This document shows, in pieces, positions 62,935 through 64,000 of a DNA stretch of 64,000 nucleotides. Where the stretch lies: the NCBI RefSeq assembly GCF_009914755.1, contig NC_060936.1; one strand, 5' to 3'. Below the pieces are notes generated by a model that was given only the letters and a program-made list of their open reading frames with translations, did no database searches and had not been told where the DNA came from. The DNA comes from the human T2T-CHM13v2.0 reference genome, Homo sapiens. Position 1 is the stretch's first letter. Each line of letters starts with the position of its first letter. The translations under genes were made by a program, and so were the position numbers.

Positions 62935-63293
62935 CACTTGAACCCAGGAGGCGGAGGTTGCAGTGAGCCCAGATCGTGCCATTGCACTCTAGCTTGGGCA
63001 ACAAGAGCAAGACTCTGTCTCAAAAAAAAAAAAAGAAAGAAAAGAATGGATGCTATGAATGATAGTTTAATAAAATTTTTATTGATACATGATAATTGCA
63101 ATTCTCCTGCCTCAGCCTCCTGAGTAGCTGGGATTACAGGCGCCCACCACCACACCTAAATCATTTTTGTATTTTTAGTAGAGACGGGGTTTCACCATGT
63201 TGGCCATGGTGATCTTGAACTCCTGACCTCGTGATCTGCCCACCTCAGCCTCCCAAAGTGCTGGGATTACAGGCATTAGCCACCGCACCCGGC
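62932..63293 (-). mobile_element. Minus-strand Alu whose tail half was later inverted (62932-63035 now reads on +)
   Basis: The two halves are complementary in Alu coordinates and one TSD copy is inverted; see findings. Confidence 0.88.
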
Positions 63294-64000
63294 AGCATCC
63301 ATTATTTTCTTTTTTTTTTCCCCCCAAAAGCTATCATACTCCTAGAAATAGAGAGGCCCTTCTGGGCAGGTCTGTTGTGATTAGGAGAGCCTTCCTCTGC
63401 CTCCCAGAGAAGACACCAAGCACACACTGGACCTGTGTGATTAAGCGGAACTGAGAGGCCTATTTTATAATTTTAAAACTTGTTAAGTTTCTTTGGTCAC
63501 CATTAATCTCTGCCACAATCACATGTATCACTCAGGCCACCACTACCAACATTACTTCTTAGTTTCATTCAAAGGAATGTTGTCAAATATGTGGATTTCT
63601 CCTACCCTGAAATCCAGATAAAGCAATGGGCATTTTGATGAATACAAAATGTGGAATTAGTTTTTTAGCTAAAAAACAATTGCTCAAGATCTTGGTTGGC
63701 CCGGAAGGATAATTTCTTTCTAAGTAGAGTGTGCTGGGCTTCTCCCCTCCCAACTTAGAATGCAGATGGCAGTTCAGGAACAGTTTTTAATAATCTAACT
63801 TCACAATAGACAGATGTGGTGGGTATTAATATAACAGAAATAAACTATTATAAGCTACTGCTCACTGTGAGCTCTGTGCTGTGCTGGGTAGTTCTCTCCT
63901 GTTATCGCATTTGCTCAATTGCACAACTAATGTTTACTCAGTGTTTGGTACTTCTTCTAAATGCAGCTTAACATAGTACAGAGGTTGTCAAATGTCAGTG

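Overview
This is primate (very probably human) non-coding nuclear DNA made up mostly of interspersed repeats. It contains about 49 Alu copies or fragments, two long ancient antisense L1s, several younger L1 fragments, many solo LTRs (LTR2, LTR7/HERV-H, two LTR12/ERV9, LTR1, MER4, MER21, MER34, LTR8, THE1, MST, MLT1), hAT DNA transposons, and L2/MIR relics. I could not support any protein-coding exon, RNA gene or CRISPR array. The only gene-derived sequence is a disrupted processed PPIA (cyclophilin A) pseudogene on the minus strand at about 58.6-59.3 kb. The supplied ORFs are almost all repeat read-through. I found no evidence for a new biological system. The interesting content is mechanistic 'fossils' readable at base level: (1) a young L1PA insertion with both a twin-priming 5' inversion and an apparent ~650-bp 3' transduction inside one target-site duplication (TSD); (2) a ~165-bp template-switch micro-inversion that split an Alu; (3) a 5'-intact, 3'-truncated L1 with a TSD; (4) a recent ~130-bp local duplication; (5) a repair scar with iterative templated filler; (6) a five-level nested insertion stack; (7) a very young AluYc1-like element. 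Repeat subfamily names come from recalled consensus sequences and need RepeatMasker/Dfam confirmation. Boundaries are approximate except where a TSD is quoted.
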